A stretch of DNA of 51,133 bases, taken from assembly GCA_045541015.1 (NCBI GenBank), contig JAZQIH010000053.1, positions 1 to 51,133 on the forward strand. The letters are read 5' to 3'. Source of the stretch: Anaerovoracaceae bacterium (GTDB lineage: Bacteria > Bacillota > Clostridia > Peptostreptococcales > Anaerovoracaceae). The notes under the pieces are model-generated. The model worked only from the letters and a program-made list of their open reading frames with translations. It did not search any database and was not told where the DNA came from. Both the position numbers and the translations under genes were made by a program. Shown in pieces: positions 1 through 10,013 of the stretch; position 1 is the stretch's first letter; every line of letters begins with the position of its first letter.

Positions 1-4
1 GGCC

Positions 5-388
5 GTGCTCTTTGTGGCCATCGTTGCCATGTCCATTGCCTGGGGCTGGGATATGCTGTCCATCGTGGCGGTGGCTCTGATGGCTATCTGCGCAGTGTTC
101 TGCGTTCTGATGCTAAGCAGCTTCAACAAAGTCAAAAGCAACATGATGGCAAACGGCGGCAACACCGTCCTGACCTTCGACGACGAAGCCGTTACCTTCA
201 GCAAGGCCGGCGGCACCACAGTCAAGCTCAACTGGAACACCGTGGCCTTCGTAAGGCTTTTCAATGAATGCCTGGCCATAATCCCCAACGAGGCCACAGC
301 CATCATCATCAGCATGGACAAAGCCTACGCACCGCAGGTCCTCGACTGGCTTTCCGAAAACAAGCCGCAGATCGAAGTCGTCAGGTAA
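5..388 (+). CDS. small membrane protein with YcxB-like soluble C-terminal part; 5' end may be cut by the window edge
   Basis: The ORF reaches the window edge. Two hydrophobic N-terminal helices are followed by a soluble domain. Codon usage matches neighbours. The family name is from memory only. Confidence 0.4.
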   Translation: MLFVAIVAMSIAWGWDMLSIVAVALMAICAVFCVLMLSSFNKVKSNMMANGGNTVLTFDDEAVTFSKAGGTTVKLNWNTVAFVRLFNECLAIIPNEATAIIISMDKAYAPQVLDWLSENKPQIEVVR

Positions 389-413
389 ACAGAGGCAAGG
401 AACAAAGCATATT

Positions 414-1259
414 ATGAAAAAAGGACTGGTTCTTGAAGGCGGCGCAATGCGCGGGATGTTCACCTGCGGCGTGCTGGACGTCTTCATGGAGAATGGAATA
501 AGCTTTGACGGCGCCGCGGGCATCTCTGCCGGCGCCGCTTTTGGATGCAACATCAAATCCCGCCAGATAGGCAGGGCCATAAGGTACAACAAGAAGTACT
601 GCAAGGACCCTAGGTACTGCAGCTTCAGATCGCTGATCAAGACCGGGGATCTGTTCGGCGGGGAGTTCTGCTACAGGACCATTCCGCAGGAGCTGGACCC
701 CTTCGATTACGAGACTTTCGAGAAGAACCCTATGGAGTTCTACGCAGGGGCGGTGGATGTAAAGACAGGCAAGGTGGTCTACCACAAGTTCAAGGACTGC
801 GGAGATACGGACATGCTGTGGCTGCAGGCTTCCGCGTCCATGCCGCTGGTCTCAAGGCCGGTGCGCGTGGACGGCTACGAGCTTCTGGACGGCGGCATAG
901 CGGACTCCGTGCCCTACGCCTTTATGGAAGGCAAGGGCTACGACCGCAACGTTATAGTCCTTACCCAGCCGAAAGGCTACCGCAAGAAAAAGAGCAAGGC
1001 GGTTCCTGCCTTTAAGCTGCTGCTTGCCAAATACCCCAAGGTGGCGGATGCACTTGCGCAGCGCCACAAGATGTACAACGCCCAGATGGCAGCCATAGAC
1101 CGCAGGGAAGCAGACGGCAGCGCGCTGGTCATACGTCCTCCCCAGGCCCTTGGAATAGGCCGCACAGAGGACGACCCAAACGAGCTGGAGCGCGTCTACC
1201 AGCTTGGCCGCGCGGAGGCGGAAAAGCGCCTGGAAGAAGTCAGAAAGTTTTTAGGATAA
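414..1259 (+). CDS. patatin-like phospholipase family protein
   Basis: N-terminal GGAMRG oxyanion motif, GISAGA (GxSxG) nucleophile elbow and LLDGGIADSVP (DGG) catalytic Asp motif. RBS-like caaggaac lies upstream. Confidence 0.85.
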   Translation: MKKGLVLEGGAMRGMFTCGVLDVFMENGISFDGAAGISAGAAFGCNIKSRQIGRAIRYNKKYCKDPRYCSFRSLIKTGDLFGGEFCYRTIPQELDPFDYETFEKNPMEFYAGAVDVKTGKVVYHKFKDCGDTDMLWLQASASMPLVSRPVRVDGYELLDGGIADSVPYAFMEGKGYDRNVIVLTQPKGYRKKKSKAVPAFKLLLAKYPKVADALAQRHKMYNAQMAAIDRREADGSALVIRPPQALGIGRTEDDPNELERVYQLGRAEAEKRLEEVRKFLG

Positions 1260-1262
1260 ACC

Positions 1263-2744
1263 ATGAAAAAGTCTTACATAACATCCATGCCGGACCACAT
1301 AGGCGCCTTCCTTAAAGCCAGCGAATGCTTTGCGGAGCTTGGGATCAACATCACAAGGGTCAGCTACAACAAGGCCGTGGACTCCCACAAGCTCTTCCTG
1401 GACGTTGAAGGCTCTCCCCAAAAGCTTGCGGAGGCGGACGAACGCCTCAAGGAGATAGGCTATCTTGGCGTAGAAAACGACAACTCCGGCATAGCCCTGC
1501 TGGACTTCAGCCTGGAGGACAGGCCGGGCAGTGTGGCAGCAGTGCTGAGGCTCATAAAAGACTACGGCCTCAACATCTCCTACATGAGCTATCAGGACGA
1601 TGGCACAAGGTTTCAGGACTGCAAGATGGGCCTGTACTTCGAGAGTGAAGACCGCCTCAAAGCCTTCATAAAAAAGGCCAGGTCTGTCTGCCCCGTAAGG
1701 GTCCTGGACTACGACCACACCGAAAGGGTGTTCGACAACAGCATATTCTACGAGACCTTCGTTTCGGACCTGGTAAAGTGCATTGGCCTTCCGGACAGCG
1801 CCAGACCTGAACTTCTGCTGAATTCCAACCTTGTTATGCAGATGCTGGACGAAAAAGGCCTGTCCCCCTACAGGACTTTTGAGAGCATCAGCACTGTGGC
1901 GCGCCTTCTGGAGGCCGCCAGGGGAAACGGTTTCTACCCGCGCATCAGCAGACACCAGATTACAGAAAACACTGAGATCATACTCATAGAGCCGCCCTGC
2001 GGCAGCAACACTGCAATAATAAAAAGCTGCGGCCAGGTGCTGTTCGTGGACACCGGCTACGCGCTCTACAAAGAGGAGACGGAGCGCGTCTACAGGCAGG
2101 TGCTGCCGGAGTACGACAGCATCAAAAAGGTGGCCTACGTTACCCATGCGGATCTGGACCACTGCGGCCAGCTCTCGCTTTTCGACGAGGTCCTTGCCGG
2201 CGAAGACACCAAAAAGTGCCTGCAGCTGGAGGCCGAGGGCAAGGACGCCTTCCGCGAGGCCAATCCTCTGCACAAGCCCTACATAAAGATCTGCAAGGCT
2301 CTTACCCTGTACGAGCCGCCCGATCCGGGCAAGATAAAGGTCCTCTGGAAGTCTCCGGAAGTCATAGAGGACCCTCTGGTGCACATCGGAACTTTTGACT
2401 TCGGGGAGCTGCATTTTGATGCCTACCAGGGAAAAGGCGGCCATCTTAAAGGTGAGACCGTCCTTATAGACTTTGCTCACAAGCTGGTGTTCCCCGGGGA
2501 CATCTACGTGAACGTCCACGGCCAGATAAAGGAGCAGACCGAATACAACAGCTACGCTCCGGTCCTAATGACCTCCGTGGATACGGATCCGGCTCTCTGC
2601 GCCAAGGAGCGTGCCGCACTTATGGATATCATGGGCCCCGGCGACTGGCAGGTGTTCGGCGCCCACGGCATGAAAAAGGATATAAAAATTGCTACTCCGG
2701 ACCAAAAGCCAGAATATGGACAACTATTTAACAAAAAGATATAA
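1263..2744 (+). CDS. ACT-domain / MBL-fold metallo-hydrolase fusion protein
   Basis: Two ACT-like N-terminal repeats (MPDHIGAFLKA, LEDRPGSVAAVLRLI) and a C-terminal THADLDHCG motif resembling HxHxDH of metallo-beta-lactamase fold. It starts 4 nt after the patatin stop. Confidence 0.65.
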   Translation: MKKSYITSMPDHIGAFLKASECFAELGINITRVSYNKAVDSHKLFLDVEGSPQKLAEADERLKEIGYLGVENDNSGIALLDFSLEDRPGSVAAVLRLIKDYGLNISYMSYQDDGTRFQDCKMGLYFESEDRLKAFIKKARSVCPVRVLDYDHTERVFDNSIFYETFVSDLVKCIGLPDSARPELLLNSNLVMQMLDEKGLSPYRTFESISTVARLLEAARGNGFYPRISRHQITENTEIILIEPPCGSNTAIIKSCGQVLFVDTGYALYKEETERVYRQVLPEYDSIKKVAYVTHADLDHCGQLSLFDEVLAGEDTKKCLQLEAEGKDAFREANPLHKPYIKICKALTLYEPPDPGKIKVLWKSPEVIEDPLVHIGTFDFGELHFDAYQGKGGHLKGETVLIDFAHKLVFPGDIYVNVHGQIKEQTEYNSYAPVLMTSVDTDPALCAKERAALMDIMGPGDWQVFGAHGMKKDIKIATPDQKPEYGQLFNKKI

Positions 2745-2793
2745 TAAAATTTAGATTATCTCATCAGCCGGTGTTTTTTACAGGAGGGGTCTT

Positions 2794-4656
2794 ATGAAAA
2801 ACAAGATAATTGCGCTGATACTTTGCATTTGCATGGTGTTTACCCTTGCTGCCTGCGGCGGGGCAAACAACAGCAACAACGCCAACAATTCCAACAGTTC
2901 TGACGTTCCGGACAACACCGTGGATCCGGAACTTACACCATCAGAAAAGTCCATGGCCTACTTCGTAAAGAAGCTGGAGGCCGGAAACTACCTGGTAGAG
3001 ATACCCAATAGGCTCAAGACCGCTGTAGTTTCGCCCCAGCAGGCCTACATACTGTTCGACCACGAGATAGAAGACTACGGCTCCGCGTTCATGACTCTTG
3101 ACGGTGAGACCTTCCAGGGATGGCTGGAGGACGGAATGCTCAGCGATATCTCCTTCTATTCCAAAGGAAACGCAATAGATGCCCTGGAGGAGCTGCTTCC
3201 CAACAGCTGGCTTGCTCAGACCAACGGCAACCTCTTTGATTACTTCTACGGCTCCGACGAGCACCCCCTGGTGTTCACATCAAACAACGAGAACGTAAAG
3301 CGGACCATGCTCGCCATGAGCAACTACAACGAGAACATGATGGAGTACATGGGGGAGGTAACGCTCACCCTGGACGCTGAAGATCCGACCACTGCGCACT
3401 TTGGCGCCGTGATGGACAGCGGTTCAACCATGGTCCACTACAACGATATAGACCTTACGCTCCAGTTCGGAGCTGCCGCCAGCGAGCCCCGCATAGAGGC
3501 ATGGCTGAAGGATCCTGTATACCCCGCCAAGAGGACAGGCTGGACCAGCAGTGATATTGATGATCTGGACATGGTCTACATGAGAAGCTACGGCAAGTAC
3601 GCTGTTCCTTTCCCGCGCTTTGCAAGCTACGCCTTTGCCTTCGATAAGGGCGCTTACGAGTCTTTCAGCGGATTCCTGGCAACTGACGCTCACGCTACAG
3701 AGCAGGACGTAGAAGGGTACAAGAAGACCCTGCTGGAAAAAGGCTTCACTGAAGCTACCGGCACACTGCCTGACGGCAGCACCGCAACGGTATACCGCAA
3801 GCTCCTCAGAGAAGAGTTCAAGGCCTATTCCCAGCTCTGCCCGATCTACGACAAGGAAGACGGGTTCACGCTTATAGGAACGCTCTACCACGACATTCCT
3901 AAGTACGAGGGCGTTGCCGCTATAAATGAAGTCATAGAAAAGCACAGCTTTGCGCCTCTGGATGAGACCGATGCCATAACAGACTGGGTCGGAGAAGACG
4001 GCGCCGGCGCGGAAACAGAGAGCTGGTCTTATTTCTTCATTTACGACCTCTACATGCCTATGCGCCTTACTATTAAGGACGCAGCTGCTGCAAAGGCTTA
4101 CCTGGACGCTTACGGAAACAAGCTTTGCGCTAATGGCTTCACCAAGACCAGCAGCGAGGAGGCGCTCACCACGATCTACGAAAACGACAACAGCCGCAAG
4201 TATTTCTTCTACTATTTCGAGGGTGAAAACAACCTGGTAATGGTCTTCAAGGAAGAGCAGTCCATGACTGTGGAGCAGGCGCTTGCCGCTTTAAAGGAGC
4301 ACGGGCTTCCGGAAACGGATCTTCACGGTGTTATAGGCACCAGGGATCAGACCTTGTACAATTACGTGCTTGGCGAGTTTAAAGGCCTGCATCTTGCTGT
4401 GGACCAGCGCTACGACAGCGTGGCGGAGGCAGAAAGCTATCTGAATACCTACGTGGATCAGCTGGTAGACCAGGATTACCTGCCGACCGATCCCAGGAAG
4501 GTCGGATCGCAGAAATCGCAGTGCTTCCTGAACACAGACAAGGCTAAATATGTTGCGTTCGATGTGGTCCAGCGCGCTACCGGCGTTCTGATAGCCTACG
4601 AATTTGTATCTATAGAGCCGGATTCCAGCAGCCTGCTGAATTCCATGCGCCGCTAA
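2794..4656 (+). CDS. large secreted lipoprotein, function unknown
   Basis: Signal peptide with lipobox (TLAAC-GG) followed by an Asn/Ser-rich linker. RBS caggagggg lies upstream and a terminator follows. Confidence 0.7.
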   Translation: MKNKIIALILCICMVFTLAACGGANNSNNANNSNSSDVPDNTVDPELTPSEKSMAYFVKKLEAGNYLVEIPNRLKTAVVSPQQAYILFDHEIEDYGSAFMTLDGETFQGWLEDGMLSDISFYSKGNAIDALEELLPNSWLAQTNGNLFDYFYGSDEHPLVFTSNNENVKRTMLAMSNYNENMMEYMGEVTLTLDAEDPTTAHFGAVMDSGSTMVHYNDIDLTLQFGAAASEPRIEAWLKDPVYPAKRTGWTSSDIDDLDMVYMRSYGKYAVPFPRFASYAFAFDKGAYESFSGFLATDAHATEQDVEGYKKTLLEKGFTEATGTLPDGSTATVYRKLLREEFKAYSQLCPIYDKEDGFTLIGTLYHDIPKYEGVAAINEVIEKHSFAPLDETDAITDWVGEDGAGAETESWSYFFIYDLYMPMRLTIKDAAAAKAYLDAYGNKLCANGFTKTSSEEALTTIYENDNSRKYFFYYFEGENNLVMVFKEEQSMTVEQALAALKEHGLPETDLHGVIGTRDQTLYNYVLGEFKGLHLAVDQRYDSVAEAESYLNTYVDQLVDQDYLPTDPRKVGSQKSQCFLNTDKAKYVAFDVVQRATGVLIAYEFVSIEPDSSSLLNSMRR

Positions 4657-4676
4657 AACAAGTGAATAATAAAAGG

Positions 4677-4708
4677 CCCGGCAGAGATCTCTGCCGGGTC
4701 TTTGTTTT
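4677..4708. terminator. bidirectional Rho-independent terminator
   Basis: Palindrome cccggcagagatctctgccggg followed by tctttgtttt, between convergent genes. Confidence 0.75.
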
Positions 4709-5369
4709 ACATCATTCCGTTGTAATCTTCGGTCTTTACGGTCTCGAAGGGCTCCTTTACTATGAACTTTTCCGCCGGCCAGGGGCCTGTCAGAAGCTGC
4801 TCTATGTAGGAGACCGTGCCTGGGTAGGTCTTCCTGGAAAGGTCCAGAAGCTTTGCCACATCCTCTGTCTGCTTGTAGAGCTCGTCCATGGGACCGGTGC
4901 CAGTGTCTATAAGCCCCAGGGTGTCGTAGTGCTCGTACATCATTTCCATTATGGTAAGGGCGGTGTCTTCTCCGTACTTTTCCACGGATTTCTGATACTG
5001 GCTCATTATGGTGCTTTCGCCAAGCAGCCAGCCTTTGGTCAGAAAGAAGGCATGGTCCTGGTAGGAGAGAGCGCTTTTTTCTTTGGTGGAGCCTATCAGA
5101 AGGGACAGGCAGTCGTCCACCTTTGGCAGCACCATCTCGAAGCTGCCGGCCTTGATGCCTACCATGGAGTTGCCGCACTGGCCAAGGCATAGCAGCACGC
5201 GGTCTGCTTCTATGGTATCAAGAAGCTCCTGCACTATTCTGGCAAGCTTTGTGGGTCTTTCGTGCAGGCCTGATTCTATGTATTCGATATGGTGCCTGAC
5301 CCCAGTCTTTTCCATGGCCAGCTCTATCTCGGCCTGGAGGGTCCTGCACGCGACTATTACTGTTTTCAT
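4707..5369 (-). CDS. DUF1638 domain-containing protein
   Basis: N-terminal VIVACRTLQAEIE, LGQCGNS and DDCLSLLIG blocks are typical of DUF1638 as I recall it. Confidence 0.6.
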   Translation of the reverse strand: MKTVIVACRTLQAEIELAMEKTGVRHHIEYIESGLHERPTKLARIVQELLDTIEADRVLLCLGQCGNSMVGIKAGSFEMVLPKVDDCLSLLIGSTKEKSALSYQDHAFFLTKGWLLGESTIMSQYQKSVEKYGEDTALTIMEMMYEHYDTLGLIDTGTGPMDELYKQTEDVAKLLDLSRKTYPGTVSYIEQLLTGPWPAEKFIVKEPFETVKTEDYNGMM

Positions 5370-5508
5370 CGATCTTTACCTGTTTCCTTTGCTGATATTT
5401 TAAACCTTCCGGACCCTGTAGTAAAGTGCGGCGCAGCCCCAAGTGTTGAAAATAAAATATTTGCTAACGTGCTCCGCAGAATATACAATGGAGGCGGAGG
5501 AAGGCCCT

Positions 5509-5985
5509 ATGAAACAGAAGATAACTAAAGACTATTTGAGAAAGACATATGCAAAAAGCAACCGGAGCCTTATCGCGATCGCGGCACTGGCGGCGGTGTT
5601 CGCTATCGCATGTATAGCCCTGATACCGGAAAAGGTTGCAGGCATAGGCGCGGCACTCATTGTAATTGTGATAGCTGCCTGCGTCTATCTCAGGTTCAGG
5701 AAACAGACCGGAGCCGGGGATGTCGGCAAGGCTTACTTCAGGCTCCAAAAACTCAGCGGCAAGAAGGAAGAAGAGAGCAGGGACCCGGATAACCCAAGCA
5801 ATGTCTATGCGTACTACTACTTGCTGGAGTTCGGAGACAAAAGCGTGGAAGTGGAAAAGGGCGAGTTCGAAACGGCCGACGAGGGAGACTTCTACTACGT
5901 TGCTTACTTCTCCGAGACTGATGCCGCCTTTGCGTGTTTTGCGAAGGAACGCTTCGAACTTTCCGATGAATTTGCACTGCAATAG
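5509..5985 (+). CDS. hypothetical membrane protein (2 TM)
   Basis: The start was chosen at the ATG preceded by ggaggcggaggaagg. Two hydrophobic helices are followed by an acidic C-terminal domain. Confidence 0.5.
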   Translation: MKQKITKDYLRKTYAKSNRSLIAIAALAAVFAIACIALIPEKVAGIGAALIVIVIAACVYLRFRKQTGAGDVGKAYFRLQKLSGKKEEESRDPDNPSNVYAYYYLLEFGDKSVEVEKGEFETADEGDFYYVAYFSETDAAFACFAKERFELSDEFALQ

Positions 5986-7314
5986 ATGATAGAACTTATA
6001 ACTATAGGGCTGTTTTGCGCAGGTCTGATTGCCTGCCTTGTTACCGGTGCGTCCATTTTGTACGCACTGGCTTTTGGCTTGGCTGTTTTTATAGCCTACG
6101 GCATGCGCAATGGCTTTGCTCTGCGGCAGCTTCTGATAATGGCCTTCGAAAGCATAAAGACCATTAAGAACCTGCTTATAACCTTCCTCCTTATAGGCAT
6201 ACTTACCGCGCTCTGGCGCGCTGCGGGGACCATTCCGCAGATAGTTATTGCGTCTTCGGGCTTTATCAGGCCTTCAGTGTTTCTTTTTGTGGCTTTCCTG
6301 CTGAACTGCGTGCTGTCCTTTCTTACAGGCACATCCTTTGGGACAAGCGCCACCATGGGCGTCATCTGCATGACCATTGCAAGGAGCATGGGTATGGACT
6401 CGCTGCTTGCGGGCGGGGCGGTAATATCCGGGGTGTTTTTCGGGGACCGCTGCTCTCCGGTGTCCACGAGCGCGCTGCTTGTAGCCGAGCTTACCGGCAC
6501 CGGCATATATGACAATATTAAAAACATGGTGTGCAGCGCCCTGGTGCCTTTCCTGGCCAGCTGTGCTGTCTACCTGATTTCTGGCTTTGCGGCATCGCCG
6601 GAAGGGGAGATGATAGACCTTTCCGCGGTGTTCGGCAGGGAATTCGTGCTGCACTGGGCGGCTTTTATCCCTGCGATCGTTATACTGCTGCTTGCCCTGC
6701 TGCGGGTGAATGTAAAAGCAGCCATGCTGGCAAGCATAGCCGCTGCGGCTGCTTTGTGCGTGCTACTTCAGCATAGGGGCGCGGTGGAGATACTTCGCAT
6801 ATCCGTGCTGGGGTATAAGGCAGCGGACCAGTCGCTGGCTTCAATGATAGACGGCGGCGGGCTGGTGTCCATGGTAAGGGTCAGCTGCATAGTGTGCCTT
6901 TCCACCTCCTATTCGGGGATATTCCAAAAGACCGGTCTTCTGGACGGCGCAAAGCAAAAGATCGCGGCGCTTTCCGAAAAGACCACGCCCTTTACGGCTA
7001 TCCTGTGCACTTCCTGCGTTTCGGCTATGATAGCCTGCAACCAGACCCTGGCCATTATTCTTACTAAGCAGCTCTGCGAGGGCCTTCAGAAGGAGCCGCC
7101 GGTCCTGGCCAACGACCTGGAGGACTCCGCCGTTGTGGTATCGCCCCTGGTGCCCTGGTCCATAGCAGGCAGCGTGCCGCTTTCCGTTATAGGGGCGCCG
7201 CTCAGCGCTCTGCTGTTTGCTTGCTACCTGTACCTGATCCCGCTCTGGAAGCTGATAGTGTCCTTTAAAAAGTCACCCCGCAGGCGACCACCTGCTGCGC
7301 GGCCCGGTGTATAA
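5986..7314 (+). CDS. Na+/H+ antiporter NhaC family protein
   Basis: Polytopic. The block TGTSFGTSATMGVICMTIA...AGGAVISGVFFGDRCSPVS resembles the conserved NhaC GSSWGT...GAYFGDKxSP region. Confidence 0.7.
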   Translation: MIELITIGLFCAGLIACLVTGASILYALAFGLAVFIAYGMRNGFALRQLLIMAFESIKTIKNLLITFLLIGILTALWRAAGTIPQIVIASSGFIRPSVFLFVAFLLNCVLSFLTGTSFGTSATMGVICMTIARSMGMDSLLAGGAVISGVFFGDRCSPVSTSALLVAELTGTGIYDNIKNMVCSALVPFLASCAVYLISGFAASPEGEMIDLSAVFGREFVLHWAAFIPAIVILLLALLRVNVKAAMLASIAAAAALCVLLQHRGAVEILRISVLGYKAADQSLASMIDGGGLVSMVRVSCIVCLSTSYSGIFQKTGLLDGAKQKIAALSEKTTPFTAILCTSCVSAMIACNQTLAIILTKQLCEGLQKEPPVLANDLEDSAVVVSPLVPWSIAGSVPLSVIGAPLSALLFACYLYLIPLWKLIVSFKKSPRRRPPAARPGV

Positions 7315-7338
7315 TGGTGCCAAAAGACAGGAAAGGAC

Positions 7339-8154
7339 GTGAAAAATATGTACGGAGCAATACTTGGAGATATTATAGGCTCGCCCTTCGAGTTCGACAT
7401 GGGCGATAAAACTAAGGACTTTCCGCTGTTCTGCGAGCAAAGCCAGTTTACAGACGACACTGTAATGACTATAGCGGTTGCGGAGGTGCTTATAAATACA
7501 GAGGACGGCAAAACGCCGGAGCAACTGAAGCAGGCCCTGGCAGATTCCATGCGCGGCTGGGGCAAAAAGTACCCTAATGCAGGTTACGGCGCAAGGTTCA
7601 TTGGCTGGATCTTCGATGACGAAGCCGGCCCCTACAACAGCTTCGGCAACGGCTCTGCCATGAGGGTCTCTTCCGCAGGCTGGCTCTATGACAGCCTGGA
7701 GCAGACTCGCAGAATGGCGCGCCTTACCGCGGAAGTTACGCATAACCATCCGGAGGGCATAAAAGGCGCGGAAGCAACAGCCGCCGCCATCTACCTTGCC
7801 AGGACGGGTGCGTCAAAAGAAGAGATAAAGAGCTATATAGTTAAGGAGTTCGGCTACGATCTTTCCAGGACCTTAGACGAGATAAGGCCAGGCTACCACC
7901 ACGTGGAAAGCTGCCAGGAGACCGTCCCGGAGGCCGTAACGGCCTTCCTGGAAGGGGAGAGTTTCGAGGACGTTATCCGCACGGCCGTGTCCCTTGGCGG
8001 AGACTGCGACACCCTCACCTGCATAGCAGGAAGCATAGCCGAAGCCTTCTACCCGGTGCCGGAAACCTTGATCGCTGAATGCAGAAAGTGCCTTCCGGCC
8101 GAGATGCTCAGCGTTATAGATCAGTTTTGGTCAGCTGCCGGATCGCGCAGATAA
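7339..8154 (+). CDS. ADP-ribosylglycohydrolase family protein
   Basis: N-terminal MYGAILGDIIGSPFEFD and C-terminal GGDCDTLTCIAGSIAEA metal-site motifs. The start is either GTG 7339 or ATG 7348. Confidence 0.8.
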   Translation: MKNMYGAILGDIIGSPFEFDMGDKTKDFPLFCEQSQFTDDTVMTIAVAEVLINTEDGKTPEQLKQALADSMRGWGKKYPNAGYGARFIGWIFDDEAGPYNSFGNGSAMRVSSAGWLYDSLEQTRRMARLTAEVTHNHPEGIKGAEATAAAIYLARTGASKEEIKSYIVKEFGYDLSRTLDEIRPGYHHVESCQETVPEAVTAFLEGESFEDVIRTAVSLGGDCDTLTCIAGSIAEAFYPVPETLIAECRKCLPAEMLSVIDQFWSAAGSRR

Positions 8155-8237
8155 AGCCCTCATCCTCGCCCTGGAATCTGTGTACCAGTGGGCGGACGAA
8201 CAGATGAAAGCCGAATAAAAGGCGCGGAGGTCATAAA

Positions 8238-8921
8238 TTGGATAACAGCAGTTCAGAACGCATAGTTCTTGATATACCGGTAAAGCTTTCCCTGGAGGAA
8301 TTCGCGGCCCTTTGCAGGATAAGGCCGGAGTCTTCAGCCTACGACATGCTGGAGGATTCCCTGCCGCTGGTCCTCAAATACGGCGCCCCAAAGGCTATCA
8401 TAAAGTGGGCCCACGTGGACAGCGTGGAGGGCGATAAGACCACCATAGAGGGCGTAACGTTCTCCAGCAAGGTGGTTGCGGACAAGCTCCGCAGCCTTCC
8501 CAGGGTGTTCCTGTCGGTCATTACCGCGGGTCACGGCCTGGAAGAGTGCGGGGAGTTCGACGACGATCCCTTCCTCAACACCTACAACGGCGCGCTACTG
8601 TTCTACGCCTCCATGTACACCACTCAGTACATGAAGGACAAGTTCGGCTTCGATGGCTCTGCGCGGCTCAACCCGGGATCTCTTCCGGACTGGCCCATAG
8701 CCAACAACTTTGCGCTGTTCAATATTATAGGAAACGTATCCGAGATAGGAGCAGAGCTCAACGATGCGGGCTACATAAAGCCATGGAACTCCAGCTCGCA
8801 GATACATTTCTCCGAAGAGGGGTACCAGAACTGCTCCCTCTGCAAGAAATACGACTGCATAGGGCGCAGGGCAAAGTTCAACAGGGAAGAGTATGTAAGG
8901 ATATTCGGCGCGGAGCCCTAA
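8238..8921 (+). CDS. vitamin B12-dependent methionine synthase activation-domain-like protein
   Basis: TTG start 6 nt after ggagg. The ARLNPGSLPDWPI...LNDAGYIKPWNSSS pattern resembles the RxxPGY...LTESxxMxPxxS pattern of the MetH activation domain; this is from memory. Confidence 0.45.
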   Translation: MDNSSSERIVLDIPVKLSLEEFAALCRIRPESSAYDMLEDSLPLVLKYGAPKAIIKWAHVDSVEGDKTTIEGVTFSSKVVADKLRSLPRVFLSVITAGHGLEECGEFDDDPFLNTYNGALLFYASMYTTQYMKDKFGFDGSARLNPGSLPDWPIANNFALFNIIGNVSEIGAELNDAGYIKPWNSSSQIHFSEEGYQNCSLCKKYDCIGRRAKFNREEYVRIFGAEP

Positions 8922-8950
8922 GGCTGCGCTGCAAGTTCAAAAGTCAATAA

Positions 8951-8977
8951 AAAAGAGCCACAGTGGTGGCTCTTTTT
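8951..8977. terminator. bidirectional Rho-independent terminator
   Basis: aaaagagccac-agtg-gtggctctttt, with A-tract and T-tract flanks, between convergent genes. Confidence 0.8.
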
Positions 8978-8996
8978 GCATACTGCTGTGCAGTTT

Positions 8997-9932
8997 TTAT
9001 GCTTTGTGGTCGCAGCCCAGAACGTCTACGATCTTGTGCGCTACGAGCTCCTTGATGGCAGCTCTTGCGGGCTTGAGATACTCTCTGGGGTCGAACTTGT
9101 CCGGATGCTGTGCAAGGAACTCGCGGATGGTAGCGGTCATTGCAAGGCGAAGGTCGGAATCGATGTTGATCTTGCAGACAGCAAGGGAAGCGGCCTGCCT
9201 GAGCTGGTCTTCGGGAACGCCTATAGCTCCGGGCATTGCTCCGCCGTACTTGTTGATCTTCTCAACAAGGTGCTGGGGAACAGAAGATGCGCCGTGGAGA
9301 ACGATGGGGAATCCCGGCAGTCTCTTGGAGACTTCCTCCAGAACGTCAAAGCGCAGCTGGGGCTTGGTGCCCGGCTTGAACTTGTAAGCGCCGTGGCTGG
9401 TGCCTATTGCTATTGCAAGGGAATCGCAGCCTGTGCGGCTTACGAACTCTTCTACTTCCTCCGGCCTGGTGTAGGAGGAATCCTCTGCGCTGACCTTTAC
9501 CTCGTCTTCTATGCCGGCCAGGGTGCCGAGCTCTGCTTCTACTACAACGCCGCGCTCGTGAGCGTACTCAACTACTTTTCTGGTGATCTCTATGTTTTCT
9601 TTGAATGGCTTGGAAGAAGCATCTATCATAACGGAAGTGAACCCGCCGTCTATGCAGCTTTTGCAAGTCTCAAAGGAATCGCCGTGGTCCAGGTGGAGAG
9701 CAATTGGCAGGCCTGTTTCTATGATAGCAGCCTCTACCAGCTTGATCAGGTAGGTGTGGTTAGCATAAGCGCGTGCGCCCTTGGATACCTGAAGAATAAG
9801 GGGCGCCTGCAGCTCTTTTGCAGCCTCAGTTATGCCCTGCACTATCTCCATGTTGTTAACGTTGAATGCACCGATAGCATATCCGCCGTTGTATGCCTTT
9901 GCGAACATTTCTTTAGTTGTAACTAATGGCAT
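8997..9932 (-). CDS. fba: class II fructose-1,6-bisphosphate aldolase
   Basis: MPLVTTKEMFAKAYNGGYAIGAFNVNNME...LHLDHG...VMIDAS...LHGASS are hallmark class II aldolase blocks. A strong ggaggt RBS is present. Confidence 0.92.
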   Translation of the reverse strand: MPLVTTKEMFAKAYNGGYAIGAFNVNNMEIVQGITEAAKELQAPLILQVSKGARAYANHTYLIKLVEAAIIETGLPIALHLDHGDSFETCKSCIDGGFTSVMIDASSKPFKENIEITRKVVEYAHERGVVVEAELGTLAGIEDEVKVSAEDSSYTRPEEVEEFVSRTGCDSLAIAIGTSHGAYKFKPGTKPQLRFDVLEEVSKRLPGFPIVLHGASSVPQHLVEKINKYGGAMPGAIGVPEDQLRQAASLAVCKINIDSDLRLAMTATIREFLAQHPDKFDPREYLKPARAAIKELVAHKIVDVLGCDHKA

Positions 9933-9964
9933 GATTTTTACCTCCGTATTTTTCTTGATACTTT

Positions 9965-9973
9965 ATTATATCA
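9965..9973 (-). promoter_or_regulatory. extended -10 element (TGATATAAT) upstream of fba
   Basis: The reverse complement of attatatca is tgatataat, about 25 nt upstream of the fba RBS. No good -35 is present. Confidence 0.35.
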
Positions 9974-10013
9974 CACCGATGTGTATTCTGCTTCTTATTA
10001 TTGAGCCCGGATA

